Assembly (NCBI GenBank): GCA_050944155.1
Contig: JBMNQN010000003.1
Coordinates: 1 to 64,000 of the forward strand
Direction: 5' to 3'
DNA: 64,000 nt
Source of the DNA: Candidatus Methanomethylophilaceae archaeon
GTDB lineage: Archaea; Thermoplasmatota; Thermoplasmata; Methanomassiliicoccales; Methanomethylophilaceae
The first letter of the stretch is position 1, and every line of letters starts with the position of its first letter. Both the position numbers and the translations under genes were made by a program. The notes beneath the pieces are model-generated. The model saw only the letters and a program-made list of their open reading frames with translations. It searched no databases and was not told where the DNA came from. Below are positions 1 through 9,388 of this stretch, piece by piece.

Positions 1-45
1 CACGCTTATCAGCATCTCGTCGTTCTGCGTTTTTTCGGATGTCAT
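1..45 (-). CDS. 5' end of a divergently transcribed gene (MTSEKTQNDEMLISV...), truncated by the window edge
   Basis: ATG at 45 on the minus strand, open to the window edge, preceded by a TATA-like element (72-80) and an operator copy (55-71). Confidence 0.45.
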   Translation of the reverse strand, partial: MTSEKTQNDEMLISV

Positions 46-54
46 GGGACGTTA

Positions 55-71
55 TCGGATGTAATATCCAA
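55..71. promoter_or_regulatory. Palindromic operator copy 1 (TCGGAT-GTAAT-ATCCAA)
   Basis: Matches TTGGAT-N5-ATCCAA at 181-197 and 2505-2521; lies just downstream of a minus-strand TATA-like element. Confidence 0.7.
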
Positions 72-180
72 CTTATATCAGTGTCGCTCTTTTTTCCGGG
101 AATTTTTATCAGTCAGCGTTCCGCAGAAACGGTCCGGAAAGGTCATTTTTCATTGAATTTTTTATTGCATCCGGTTTGAG

Positions 181-197
181 TTGGATAAACCATCCAA
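181..197. promoter_or_regulatory. Palindromic operator copy 2 (TTGGAT-AAACC-ATCCAA) at the cbiL promoter
   Basis: Perfect 6-bp inverted arms directly upstream of TTATATAT (199-206). Confidence 0.7.
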
Positions 198-238
198 ATT
201 ATATATTCAGATTAAGGTACAGAGCCGAGAGTTGTTCC

Positions 239-961
239 ATGAAGGAAGGAAGAAAAGGGAAACTTTACGGAATCGGGGTGGGTCCCGGTGACCCGGAACT
301 TATGACGCTCAGGGCCGTGAAACTCATAGAAAAATCCGGAGTGATTGCATATCCCGTATCCAAGAGGGGAGAAGAGGGCACCGCTCTGGAAATCGTGAAA
401 GGCGCTGCGGATATCTCCGGAAAGAAAATCGTCGAACTGCTTTTCAGCATGAATCCCGACGATAACGTCAGAAAAAAATGCAGGGCCGACGCAATCGGCG
501 AACTGATATCGATTCTGGATTCCGGCACCGACGTGGCGATGATAACTCTCGGAGACGTAGCCGTTTACAGCACGTACATGTATCTGGATAAAAAAATCCG
601 CGAAGCGGGTTTCGAAACCGAAGTGGTTCCCGGAATACCGTCTTTCTGCAGCGGCGCGGCTTCCGCGAGACTTCCGCTCATGATTGGAAACGAAAGCCTT
701 GCGGTGATTTCCATGGCAAAAAATAACGACGAGATCGGAAAGGCTCTTTCCTTTTCGGACAACGTCGTGGCGATGAAAGCCAGGAATTCCATGGATAAGA
801 TTCTCGATGCCATGGAATCCGAGGGACTGGGGGCGGAAAACGCCACGGTCGTAAGCAACGTGGGCATGGACGGGGAATACATCGGTCCCATCGACAGGGA
901 AAGAAAATACGGCTATTTTACCACGGTCATAATCAAAAAGAAGGCGGGTGACGGAGAATGA
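239..961 (+). CDS. cbiL: Cobalt-precorrin-2 C20-methyltransferase
   Basis: LYGIGVGPGDPELMT, TLGD..YST and VVPGIPSF tetrapyrrole methylase motifs; likely start ATG 239 rather than TTG 176. Confidence 0.9.
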   Translation: MKEGRKGKLYGIGVGPGDPELMTLRAVKLIEKSGVIAYPVSKRGEEGTALEIVKGAADISGKKIVELLFSMNPDDNVRKKCRADAIGELISILDSGTDVAMITLGDVAVYSTYMYLDKKIREAGFETEVVPGIPSFCSGAASARLPLMIGNESLAVISMAKNNDEIGKALSFSDNVVAMKARNSMDKILDAMESEGLGAENATVVSNVGMDGEYIGPIDRERKYGYFTTVIIKKKAGDGE

Positions 962-1716
962 TAAGTTTCATAGGCGCGGGACCGGGAGACCCGGAACTGC
1001 TGACGATAAAAGGCAAAAAACTAATTGACGGAGCGGACGTCATAATTTATGCGGGATCCCTCGTGAACCCCGCCGTTCTGTCCGGCGCAAAGAAAAGTGC
1101 CAGAATATACAACAGCGCCGAGATGAACCTCGACGAAGTCATAGAGGTCATGAAGGATGCTGAATCGAAAAACCTGAAAACCGTAAGGGTGCACACAGGA
1201 GACCCGTCCATTTACGGCGCAATCAGAGAACAGATCGACCGTCTGGATAAATTGGGAATCGAAAGCGAAGTGATTCCCGGAGTATCTTCCGCGTTTGCGA
1301 CCGCCGCGGCTCTCAAAAAAGAGTACACTCTGCCCGACGTGAGCCAGACAGTTATTTTCACGAGAATGGAAGGCCGCACTCCCATGCCCGAAGGGGAGAA
1401 GCTGGAAGACCTGGCCAGGCATCACGCCACCATGGTGATTTTCCTCAGCATCGGATTTTTGGATAAAATGACGGAACAGCTCGTCGCCGGAGGATATTCG
1501 GAAGACACCCCTGCCGCCGTTGTTTACAAAGCCAGCTGGCCGGAACAGAAAATCGTTACCGGATCTCTGAAAAACATCGCCGGAAAGGTGAAAGAAGCGG
1601 GGATAACAAAAACCGCCCTCACGGTGGTGGGAGACTTCCTGGGAGACGAGTATTCTCTTTCGAAACTTTACGACAAAGCGTTTACCACCGAATTCAGAAA
1701 AGGGGTGTCCGAATGA
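958..1716 (+). CDS. cbiF: Cobalt-precorrin-4 C11-methyltransferase
   Basis: FIGAGPGDPELLT, IYAGSLV, RVHTGDPSIYGAIREQI, VVYKASWP. Confidence 0.93.
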   Translation: MISFIGAGPGDPELLTIKGKKLIDGADVIIYAGSLVNPAVLSGAKKSARIYNSAEMNLDEVIEVMKDAESKNLKTVRVHTGDPSIYGAIREQIDRLDKLGIESEVIPGVSSAFATAAALKKEYTLPDVSQTVIFTRMEGRTPMPEGEKLEDLARHHATMVIFLSIGFLDKMTEQLVAGGYSEDTPAAVVYKASWPEQKIVTGSLKNIAGKVKEAGITKTALTVVGDFLGDEYSLSKLYDKAFTTEFRKGVSE

Positions 1717-2453
1717 GCGCCAAAGGAAAACTCACGGTGGTGGGTTTCGGACCCGGGTCGAAAGGCGACATGACGTTCAGAGCCGCGGAAGCCATAGAAA
1801 ATGCAGACGTGGTGACGGGATACACGACGTACGTGGAACTTCTCAAAAAATTCTTTCCGGAAAAGCACTACAAAGCCACCGGAATGATGAAAGAAGTCGA
1901 CAGGTGCAGAACCGCCATCGAGGACGCAATGTCGGGAAAAAACGTTGCCATGGTGAGCAGCGGAGATTCTGGAATATACGGGATGGCAGGAATAATCTAT
2001 CAGCTGGCGGACGAGATGAAAGCCGGCATAGAAATAGAAACGGTGCCCGGAGTGACGGCTGCCTCTTCCGCCGCGTCGATTCTCGGTGCGCCTCTCATGC
2101 ACGATTTGGCGATAATCAGCCTTTCCGATCTCATGACTCCCATAGATCTGATAATGAAACGGGTGGACTGTGCGGGACAGGGCGATCTGATCGTATGTTT
2201 CTATAATCCGCGCAGCAAGGGCAGAAGGGACTATCTGCGCAGGGCTTCGGAAATACTGATGAAATACCGCTCTCCGGACACTCCCGTGGGAATCGTGAGA
2301 AACGCGGGAAGGGCCGACGAAAGCAAAACGGTCACTTCTCTCGGAAAAATAGATTACGAAAAAGTGGACATGTTCTGCGTAGTAATCGTAGGCAATTCGC
2401 AGACATATGTTTCGGGAGACAGAATAATCACTCCGAGAGGATACGAGGTCTGA
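1713..2453 (+). CDS. cbiH: Precorrin-3B/cobalt-factor III C17-methyltransferase
   Basis: VVGFGPG, SSGDSGIYGMAG, LGAPLMHD..ISLSDL, YNPRSK, IITPRGY. Confidence 0.92.
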   Translation: MSAKGKLTVVGFGPGSKGDMTFRAAEAIENADVVTGYTTYVELLKKFFPEKHYKATGMMKEVDRCRTAIEDAMSGKNVAMVSSGDSGIYGMAGIIYQLADEMKAGIEIETVPGVTAASSAASILGAPLMHDLAIISLSDLMTPIDLIMKRVDCAGQGDLIVCFYNPRSKGRRDYLRRASEILMKYRSPDTPVGIVRNAGRADESKTVTSLGKIDYEKVDMFCVVIVGNSQTYVSGDRIITPRGYEV

Positions 2454-2504
2454 ACGTTCCCCGGTTCGGAAAATAAAGACTTCGGCAGCAAACTATTTAA
2501 TTAG

Positions 2505-2521
2505 TTGGATGTATTATCCAA
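2505..2521. promoter_or_regulatory. Palindromic operator copy 3 (TTGGAT-GTATT-ATCCAA) at the cbiMNQO promoter
   Basis: Perfect 6-bp arms just downstream of TATTTAAT (2494-2501). Confidence 0.72.
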
Positions 2522-2572
2522 TACATCCCGGAAGCGGAACATCCGCAGATATGGATTGAAATCGGTGAAAAA

Positions 2573-3238
2573 ATGCACATAATGGAAGGATTTCTGCCGT
2601 GGCAGTGGTGTCTCGTATGGTTTGTCATCGCGATACCGTTCGTTGCGATCGGCGTCAAAAAGATAATAGAAATAATCAGAGACCACCCGGAACAGAAGAT
2701 GACCGTTGCCCTTGCGGGAGCGTTCATTTTCCTTCTCTCGTCTCTTAAGCTGCCGTCTGTTACGGGTTCCAGTTCCCACCCCACGGGAACGGGACTGTCG
2801 GCTGTACTCTACGGAGTGTTCTGCACTTCCGTACTCTCGACCATCGTCCTGATTTTCCAGGCTCTGCTTCTGGCACACGGAGGTTTCAGCACCTTGGGAG
2901 CAAACGTGTTTTCCATGGGAATCGCGGGCCCCGCCGCCGGAATTCTGGTGTGGCTCCTTCTGAGAAAAGCGAATATGAGTGTACCTGTGTCCATGTTCTT
3001 TGCGGCCATGGTCGCAAACCTGTTCACTTATGTCGTAACCGCTCTGCAGCTCACTCTGGCTTTCGGAGGCGCTGCCGGATACGGAACCGCGTTCGTGGAA
3101 TTTATGACCGTATTTGCGGTGACCCAGATCCCTCTCGCACTGATAGAAGGAGTAATTTTCGGAATGTTTGCCAAATATCTGTCCGATACCAGACCGCAGA
3201 TTTTCGGTATCGATACGGCTAATGAGGTGACTGCATGA
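2573..3238 (+). CDS. cbiM: Cobalt ECF transporter S component
   Basis: N-terminal MHIMEGFLP, GSSSHPTG, LLAHGG, FAVTQIPLALIEG. Confidence 0.95.
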   Translation: MHIMEGFLPWQWCLVWFVIAIPFVAIGVKKIIEIIRDHPEQKMTVALAGAFIFLLSSLKLPSVTGSSSHPTGTGLSAVLYGVFCTSVLSTIVLIFQALLLAHGGFSTLGANVFSMGIAGPAAGILVWLLLRKANMSVPVSMFFAAMVANLFTYVVTALQLTLAFGGAAGYGTAFVEFMTVFAVTQIPLALIEGVIFGMFAKYLSDTRPQIFGIDTANEVTA

Positions 3239-3540
3239 AAATGGAAAACAAGTGGATTTACATCATAGGCTTCGCGGTCGTTGCGATAATGGTCCTGGGA
3301 ATCCTTGCATACGGAGCGTCGAAAGATTTCGAGTTCGGAGGAGCGGACGATCAGGGCGGAGATGTAATTTCTGATCTGGATCCGGAATACGAACCCTGGT
3401 GGGACGGAATCTGGGGAGACTATGAACTTCCCGGAGAGACCGAAAGCATGCTCTTTGCCCTTCAGGCTGCCATCGGAGCCGTAATCATCGGTTACGTCAT
3501 AGGGCGCCTCCATAACCCCAATAAAAATAAAAGGGAATAA
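3235..3540 (+). CDS. cbiN: Cobalt transport protein CbiN
   Basis: FGGADD, YEPW, PGETESMLFALQAAIGA. Confidence 0.93.
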   Translation: MKMENKWIYIIGFAVVAIMVLGILAYGASKDFEFGGADDQGGDVISDLDPEYEPWWDGIWGDYELPGETESMLFALQAAIGAVIIGYVIGRLHNPNKNKRE

Positions 3541-3565
3541 TATCAGGAGATAATGAGACAGCCCT

Positions 3566-4393
3566 ATGTCCGAACAGGTGCAGATGGATGTTCTCGCATA
3601 CAGTTCGAGGATGATTGAGTGGGCACCTTTGGCAAAACTTCTTTTCACTTTTTCTCTTTTAATTTTGGGATTGGTTTCGGATAATATTCTGGTTCCGGTC
3701 ATCACTTTCTTTACGGGACTGTGTCTGATGGCATATTCCACGAACATGAAACTGCCGCCGGTAGTAGCCATCGCGATACTGGAAGCAATATTGATTCTGA
3801 TAATCGGTTGCGGAATGATTTCGATTCTCGGAGATCCGTCCGCCCCGGCGATAATGCTGAAAGATACGGAAAAAATACTCTGGCTTAAAGTGCACATAAC
3901 GGCTGAGAGTTTCAACCAGGCATGGCTGGTTATGTTCAGGGCGATTGCGGGGGTGACGCTTATGCTTTCTTTCGCCACATCCACGCCGATACCGCATATC
4001 GCGAACGCGCTGAGACAGGTGAAGGTCCCGCCGCAGCTGATAGAAATCACCGTATTGGTTTACAGGTACGCGTTCCTTCTTCTGGAAAGGGCGGAAACCA
4101 TGTGGAACGCAGCGAAATGCCGTCTCGGCTTCAACGGATACAGAAGAAGCTTTTCGACCGTCAGCGGAATAATAGTCAATTCGTTCATTACGTCGTTGGA
4201 AATCGCGGAACGTTCCCAACCCGCATTATACAGCAGGAATTTCAACGGGACGTTCCCCCTTTACAGAGAACCCAAAAAACTGAGAGCGGTTCACGTTATT
4301 TTTACGGTCGGAATATGTGCGGTTCTTTACGCGTTGGGATACTTCCTTCCGTCTCCCGATATGGCATTATTAATCATGGGGTCGGGCGCATGA
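3566..4393 (+). CDS. cbiQ: Cobalt ECF transporter T component
   Basis: Multi-TM protein with STP...L..VP, YRY, RLGF and SRNF motifs; operon context. Confidence 0.88.
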   Translation: MSEQVQMDVLAYSSRMIEWAPLAKLLFTFSLLILGLVSDNILVPVITFFTGLCLMAYSTNMKLPPVVAIAILEAILILIIGCGMISILGDPSAPAIMLKDTEKILWLKVHITAESFNQAWLVMFRAIAGVTLMLSFATSTPIPHIANALRQVKVPPQLIEITVLVYRYAFLLLERAETMWNAAKCRLGFNGYRRSFSTVSGIIVNSFITSLEIAERSQPALYSRNFNGTFPLYREPKKLRAVHVIFTVGICAVLYALGYFLPSPDMALLIMGSGA

Positions 4394-5532
4394 AATCCGT
4401 ATCGGCCGAAAAGGTCACTTACAGGTATCAGGGAGCTCCGTCGGCTGCAATCGAGTCCGTTGACTTTTATGCGGGAAGCGGAAGAAAGACGGTACTTCTG
4501 GGAGAGAACGGATGCGGGAAATCCACTCTGATTTATCATCTGAACGGAGTCTACAAACCCGAATCAGGTACCGTGTATTACGACGGAAACCCGATTTCCT
4601 ATGACCGTGATTTTCTCACCGAATTACGTTCGGAAGTGAGCGTGGTTCTTCAGAATCCCGACGACCAAATCTTTTCTTCCACCGTAGAGGAAGACGTAGC
4701 TTTCGGACCTCTGAACGCGGGATTTTCCAGAGAAGAGGTTTCGGAAAGAATATCCTGGGCCCTGGAGAAGGTGGGAATGGAAGAATATGCGGAAACCCAG
4801 GTTCAGCGTCTTTCCTACGGACAGAGAAAAAGAGTATCCATCGCCGGAGCTCTGGCACTGCGTCCGAAAGTATTGATTCTGGACGAACCAACCGCCGGAC
4901 TCGACCCTCAGATTTCCAAGGAAATCATGGAACTGGCGGACAGGTCCGCAAGCGGCGGCGTTAATGTTATTGTGTCCAGCCACGACATCAACCTTACATA
5001 TTCCTGGGCGGACGACCTGAGCGTAATGCGCAGCGGAAGAATCGTTTTTTCCGGAGACCCATCGGACTTTTTCGGAAACAGCCGGGAAGTCTACCTTTCG
5101 GGACTCGTTTCTCCGTCGGTTTTCAGCATCAATTATAACGTGGAAACAATGCGCGGCAGGAATCCGGATCCGTACCCCAAAACGATTACCCAGACCGTGG
5201 GAAAAATGTTTCCGTCAGGAGAATCCAAGGGAACCATTCACATTTACTGTCCCGATGGAGGAAAAATCGACCAGGACGCTCTGGAATGCGCCGCGGGAAG
5301 AAAAGAAATAACCGCCGCCGTGTACGGTCCTTTCGCAAGAAAAGCCGTCTCCGAATCGAAAATGAGAATCGATTACTACTACAACGGAATCGAGGGATGC
5401 ATAACCGAGGCGTTGGCAAACCGGGATTCTCTGCTGATTTGCGATAAAGAATTAAAGAAGTCCGTTCTTGATGCCGTCGACGCCATGGAAACTTTCGGCA
5501 CCGCGATAAGGACAAAGGAGATTGTATTGTGA
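4390..5532 (+). CDS. cbiO: ECF ATPase 1 with a C-terminal extension of about 140 aa
   Basis: GENGCGKST, QNPDDQ, LSYGQRKR, LDEPT; ATG 4390 overlaps the cbiQ stop. Confidence 0.88.
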   Translation: MKSVSAEKVTYRYQGAPSAAIESVDFYAGSGRKTVLLGENGCGKSTLIYHLNGVYKPESGTVYYDGNPISYDRDFLTELRSEVSVVLQNPDDQIFSSTVEEDVAFGPLNAGFSREEVSERISWALEKVGMEEYAETQVQRLSYGQRKRVSIAGALALRPKVLILDEPTAGLDPQISKEIMELADRSASGGVNVIVSSHDINLTYSWADDLSVMRSGRIVFSGDPSDFFGNSREVYLSGLVSPSVFSINYNVETMRGRNPDPYPKTITQTVGKMFPSGESKGTIHIYCPDGGKIDQDALECAAGRKEITAAVYGPFARKAVSESKMRIDYYYNGIEGCITEALANRDSLLICDKELKKSVLDAVDAMETFGTAIRTKEIVL

Positions 5533-6665
5533 GTTCTCTGTTCAGAACGGAGAATCTCTTTTACCGTTACGAACACGGAAAAGACTATGCCCTTTCCAAC
5601 CTGAACATAGAAATCGAAGAAGGAATCCGGACCGTAATACTGGGTGCGAACGGGGCGGGGAAATCCACTCTTTTCTATCATTTCAACGGAATATTCTCCC
5701 CTACCAGAGGCAGGATTTACTACAGGGGGGCGGAAATGCCCCGCAGGGGAAAGAAACTCAGAAATCTCCGTTCCGAGGTCGCCGTGGTACTTCAGAATCC
5801 CAACGATCAGCTTTTCGCTCCGAAAGTTTCCGACGATGTTGCGTTCGGACCGAAAAATCTCGGTCTGAATCAGGACGAAGTCGCTTCCAGGGTTTCCGAG
5901 GCTCTGGAAATCGCCGGACTGACGGAGATGAAGAACAGAAGCGTCATGCAGCTTTCTTACGGTCAGAGGAAGAGGGTCGTCCTGGCCGGAGCTCTGGCTA
6001 TGCGTCCCAAGGTTCTGATAATGGACGAACCGACTGCGGGACTCGACCCTCAGATGTCGAAAGAGCTGATTGAACTTACGGAAGAGCTCCATCATTCCGG
6101 AACCACTGTTATTTTCTCTACCCACGATGTGGATCTGGCATATTCCTGTGCCGACTGCATACACGTGCTCAGAAGGGGGCATCTGATTTACTCCGGAGGT
6201 CCGAACGAGTTCTTCGAAAATTTCTCGGAAGTCTACCTTTCCGGAATGGTCGAACCTTCGTTATATTCCATGAATCTCAGCATGTCCGAAATGGCAGGGT
6301 ATCCGGCAGAGCCCCATCCCAGGACGGAGTACCAACTTATTTCGAAGACGGTTCCGGCGGAAAACCCCGGAAGAATCGACATACTTCCGGTTGCGGGGGA
6401 AATTACCCAGGATTCTTTTTCCGAAATCTCCGCCGAAAGGGAATGTACGGTTACGGGAGTTTACGGAACGAAAGCCAGGAAGGCCGCGTCCGAATACAAT
6501 CTGGGAATCGATTACTATTTCGGAGCGGACGAAGAGTGCATCATACAGTCGCTGCACGGAAAGAACGTTCTGATTTACTGCGACGCGAATCTCATAGGTG
6601 TCCTGAAGAAAAAAATCGAATCCGTGTCCGCGTTCGGTATGGAAATTCCTTACTCTTTGTTGTGA
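5529..6665 (+). CDS. cbiO: ECF ATPase 2 with a paralogous C-terminal extension
   Basis: GANGAGKST, QNPNDQ, LSYGQRKR, MDEPT; GTG start overlaps the previous stop. Confidence 0.86.
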   Translation: MSSLFRTENLFYRYEHGKDYALSNLNIEIEEGIRTVILGANGAGKSTLFYHFNGIFSPTRGRIYYRGAEMPRRGKKLRNLRSEVAVVLQNPNDQLFAPKVSDDVAFGPKNLGLNQDEVASRVSEALEIAGLTEMKNRSVMQLSYGQRKRVVLAGALAMRPKVLIMDEPTAGLDPQMSKELIELTEELHHSGTTVIFSTHDVDLAYSCADCIHVLRRGHLIYSGGPNEFFENFSEVYLSGMVEPSLYSMNLSMSEMAGYPAEPHPRTEYQLISKTVPAENPGRIDILPVAGEITQDSFSEISAERECTVTGVYGTKARKAASEYNLGIDYYFGADEECIIQSLHGKNVLIYCDANLIGVLKKKIESVSAFGMEIPYSLL

Positions 6666-7741
6666 TCGGTTGTCTCGGAGGGTTCGAATCCTTCGGGTTT
6701 TCCGTCGGGATAGTATTCTCTCCCGTCCGCCGTTTTTACGAACCTGGGAGTTCCGCGGGGATGCGTCTTGTCGATTATGTTCCACGGCCACAGGGAATAT
6801 CCGTCCTTCCGTATTTCGTTGAGAGCGTCTCTTACCTCTTTGTCGTTCCTCAGAGTCACGGGGCCAAAGGAAACCATCTTCTGCTTTATGGGAACGGATT
6901 CCAGAAGCCAGAATCTCGAGGGAACGTCTCCGTTTTTTATCACCGCTTCTTCGTCGGATTTCAGTTTCATTCTGTAGCCGGAATAAGCTTGAAATACTCC
7001 CACGGATGCGTTGCTTCCGGATACGAAATAAAGATTTTTGGATACGTTTTCCGCAGACGGGGGCAAGGTATACGAAGCTCCGGGTTCCATGCGGAACTGA
7101 ACGATTCTGAATCCGTGTTCCGGATCCGCGGCCCAGGATTTCTCGTTGTGGCACTCCGCATTCAGATTTTCGTAAGAGCCCGCATAAACTTTAACGGAAG
7201 TTTTCAGACCGTTTTCGTCCTGTTTTTCCGTTCTTTTTATATTCTCCGACCACAGCATCGAAACGCCGTTTTCAGAGCCCTTTATTTCCAGTGGAAGATT
7301 TACCATGATCTGGGTAATGTCGTTGGGGTTCGGACGGTCGTCGAAAGCGAGAGGATACATTTCGCAGTGCTGGTATTTTCCGGGAGCCGTAACCCACTGG
7401 GCGTCCCCGAATCCGAAACGGGACTGGTTGCCTTCGGAATCGAAAGTATCCACGTAGCCTTCTTCGACGACAGTGAAAGTTTCGTATCCCCAATGGGCGT
7501 GCATGGGAAATCCCGGAACGACTTTACCGCGGTACATCCGGAATCCGGAATGTTTTTTGTAATCGTTTCCCAGGGGCCGCCATGCTATCATATCCAGAGG
7601 AGGGGCCTGCTGTGCGTTGCCTTTGGGATAATCGTCCCTGTGGTGGGATGCGAATATGAACGGGTCCTCGGTGTCCCAGTGCATGTCGAAGTCGCCGTAT
7701 TTCAGTACGGGACCGCGGTCTTTCTTTCTGAACAGGGCCAT
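6650..7741 (-). CDS. Pirin family (bicupin) protein
   Basis: DPF, GFPMHAHWGYETFT, QWVTAPG..HCEM, Q...NLP, and a C-terminal FGP motif. Confidence 0.85.
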   Translation of the reverse strand: MALFRKKDRGPVLKYGDFDMHWDTEDPFIFASHHRDDYPKGNAQQAPPLDMIAWRPLGNDYKKHSGFRMYRGKVVPGFPMHAHWGYETFTVVEEGYVDTFDSEGNQSRFGFGDAQWVTAPGKYQHCEMYPLAFDDRPNPNDITQIMVNLPLEIKGSENGVSMLWSENIKRTEKQDENGLKTSVKVYAGSYENLNAECHNEKSWAADPEHGFRIVQFRMEPGASYTLPPSAENVSKNLYFVSGSNASVGVFQAYSGYRMKLKSDEEAVIKNGDVPSRFWLLESVPIKQKMVSFGPVTLRNDKEVRDALNEIRKDGYSLWPWNIIDKTHPRGTPRFVKTADGREYYPDGKPEGFEPSETTDHNKE

Positions 7742-7819
7742 ATCGGAATGGGTATGGGACGAAGATAAAAAGAATGCTCCTTTCGGAAAAGAAATAATAG
7801 ACGGCAGTTATGGCATATC

Positions 7820-8539
7820 ATGGATTCCGGCGACAGAGGCATGCGTCTGAATAAATTCATCAGCGCTTCGGGAGTGGTATCAAGAAGGGCGGCCGACCGG
7901 ATGATCGAAGAGGGACGGGTTACCATAGACGGCCGCAGAGCCGTACTCGGAGACAGAGTGTTCCCGGAAAATACGGTATGCGTAGACGGAAAAAAGATTT
8001 CCGTCGAAGAAGAAGAGATTATACTGGCACTTAACAAACCCGTCGGGATAACATGCACGTCCAATCCCGAAGATCCCACGAACGTCATCGATTTCGTGAA
8101 CTATCCCAAGAGAGTGTATTCGGTGGGACGTCTGGACAGGGATTCGGAAGGACTGCTGCTTCTGACCAACAACGGAGAATTGGCCGACAGGATAATGCAT
8201 TCCAGCAGCGGGCACGAAAAAGAGTACATAGTGACGGTGGACAAAGACATAACTGATTCTTTTCTCAGGGACATGGCGTCCGGCGTTCCCATAATGAACG
8301 GAAAAAGGGTTACCAGAAAATGCGAAGTCATCGGAACCGGAAAAAGGGAATTCCGCATAATTCTGAGGCAGGGACTGAACCGTCAGATAAGAAGGATGTG
8401 CGATTCCCTCGGTTACGAGGCAGTGGGCATAAAGCGCATAAGAATCATGAACATAGAGCTGGGAAACCTCAGAACGGGAAGGTACAGAAATCTCACCAAG
8501 GAAGAAAAAGCCGAACTTTTCAGAAAGCTTGGGATGTAA
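7820..8539 (+). CDS. RsuA/RluB/E/F-family rRNA pseudouridine synthase with S4 domain (start may be ATG 7841)
   Basis: MRLNKFIS.SG..SRR.AD, LNKPVG, VGRLDRDSEGLLLLTNNG, GLNRQIRRM. Confidence 0.92.
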   Translation: MDSGDRGMRLNKFISASGVVSRRAADRMIEEGRVTIDGRRAVLGDRVFPENTVCVDGKKISVEEEEIILALNKPVGITCTSNPEDPTNVIDFVNYPKRVYSVGRLDRDSEGLLLLTNNGELADRIMHSSSGHEKEYIVTVDKDITDSFLRDMASGVPIMNGKRVTRKCEVIGTGKREFRIILRQGLNRQIRRMCDSLGYEAVGIKRIRIMNIELGNLRTGRYRNLTKEEKAELFRKLGM

Positions 8540-8599
8540 CGTCCAATTAACACGATTTCTTATGAAAGTATTATTAAAGGTGAATGAATTCACCGATTA

Positions 8600-9379
8600 T
8601 TGAGACGTATAGCTATCTACGGGAAGGGCGGCGTGGGAAAATCCACGGTATCGTCCAACGTCAGCGAAGCGCTGGCTTCGATGGGATACAGAGTTCTGCA
8701 GATCGGGTGCGATCCGAAAGCGGATTCCACCAAACTGCTGACGGGAGTGGAAGAATCAAAAACGGTTCTTAATCTGATGAAAGACGGTCCCGTAAGTCTC
8801 GACGAAGCGGTATTCGATACCGGACGGGGAATTTTCTGCGTCGAGTGCGGGGGACCCAAACCCGGAACAGGATGTGCCGGCAGAGGAATCATTGCCGCCT
8901 TCGGAGAACTGGAGTCCCAGGATGTCATCGGCGCATACAGACCGGACATAATCATTTACGATGTTCTCGGGGACGTTGTGTGCGGAGGGTTTGCGATGCC
9001 CATCCGTAACGGGTATGCGAGAAACGTTTTCGTCGTCACATCTGGAGAAATGATGTCGCTCTATGCGGCGAATAACATCAAACAGGCGGTAGACGGCTTC
9101 TCGGAAGACGGATACGCCGAATTCAGCGGTCTGATTCAGAATTCCCGCAACATAGAGAACGAAGATGCCATCGTCGATATCGCTGCGAAGGAGATGGGAG
9201 CGGACGTAATATTCAGACTCCCCAGGGACGGCATGGTTCAGAAAAGCGAGGATGTCCGCCGTACCGTGGTAAGATTCGCTCCGGAATCCGATATGGCGGA
9301 ACATTACAGGAATTTAGCCGAAAAGATACTCTCTCTTTCGGAGGACTCCGAAGGAGGAATGAAACTGGAAAAACACTGA
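8600..9379 (+). CDS. cfbC: Ni-sirohydrochlorin a,c-diamide reductive cyclase, NifH-like ATPase subunit
   Basis: [39 protein letters not shown]; first gene of the cfb cluster; TTG start. Confidence 0.88.
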   Translation: MRRIAIYGKGGVGKSTVSSNVSEALASMGYRVLQIGCDPKADSTKLLTGVEESKTVLNLMKDGPVSLDEAVFDTGRGIFCVECGGPKPGTGCAGRGIIAAFGELESQDVIGAYRPDIIIYDVLGDVVCGGFAMPIRNGYARNVFVVTSGEMMSLYAANNIKQAVDGFSEDGYAEFSGLIQNSRNIENEDAIVDIAAKEMGADVIFRLPRDGMVQKSEDVRRTVVRFAPESDMAEHYRNLAEKILSLSEDSEGGMKLEKH

Positions 9380-9388
9380 GGAATCGAA

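Noticed and set aside
3922-4389. N-terminal extensions in the ORF track (cbiO1 from 3922, cfbB from 12242, gcvH from 30518, NTPase from 60689)
   Set aside because: They overlap upstream genes and lack homology-like content. Downstream ATGs, mostly with ATGA coupling, are better starts.
7286-7296. TTCCAGTGGAA resembling an archaeal mini-ORB
   Set aside because: It is a single copy inside the pirin coding sequence, with no G-string or AT-rich unwinding element.
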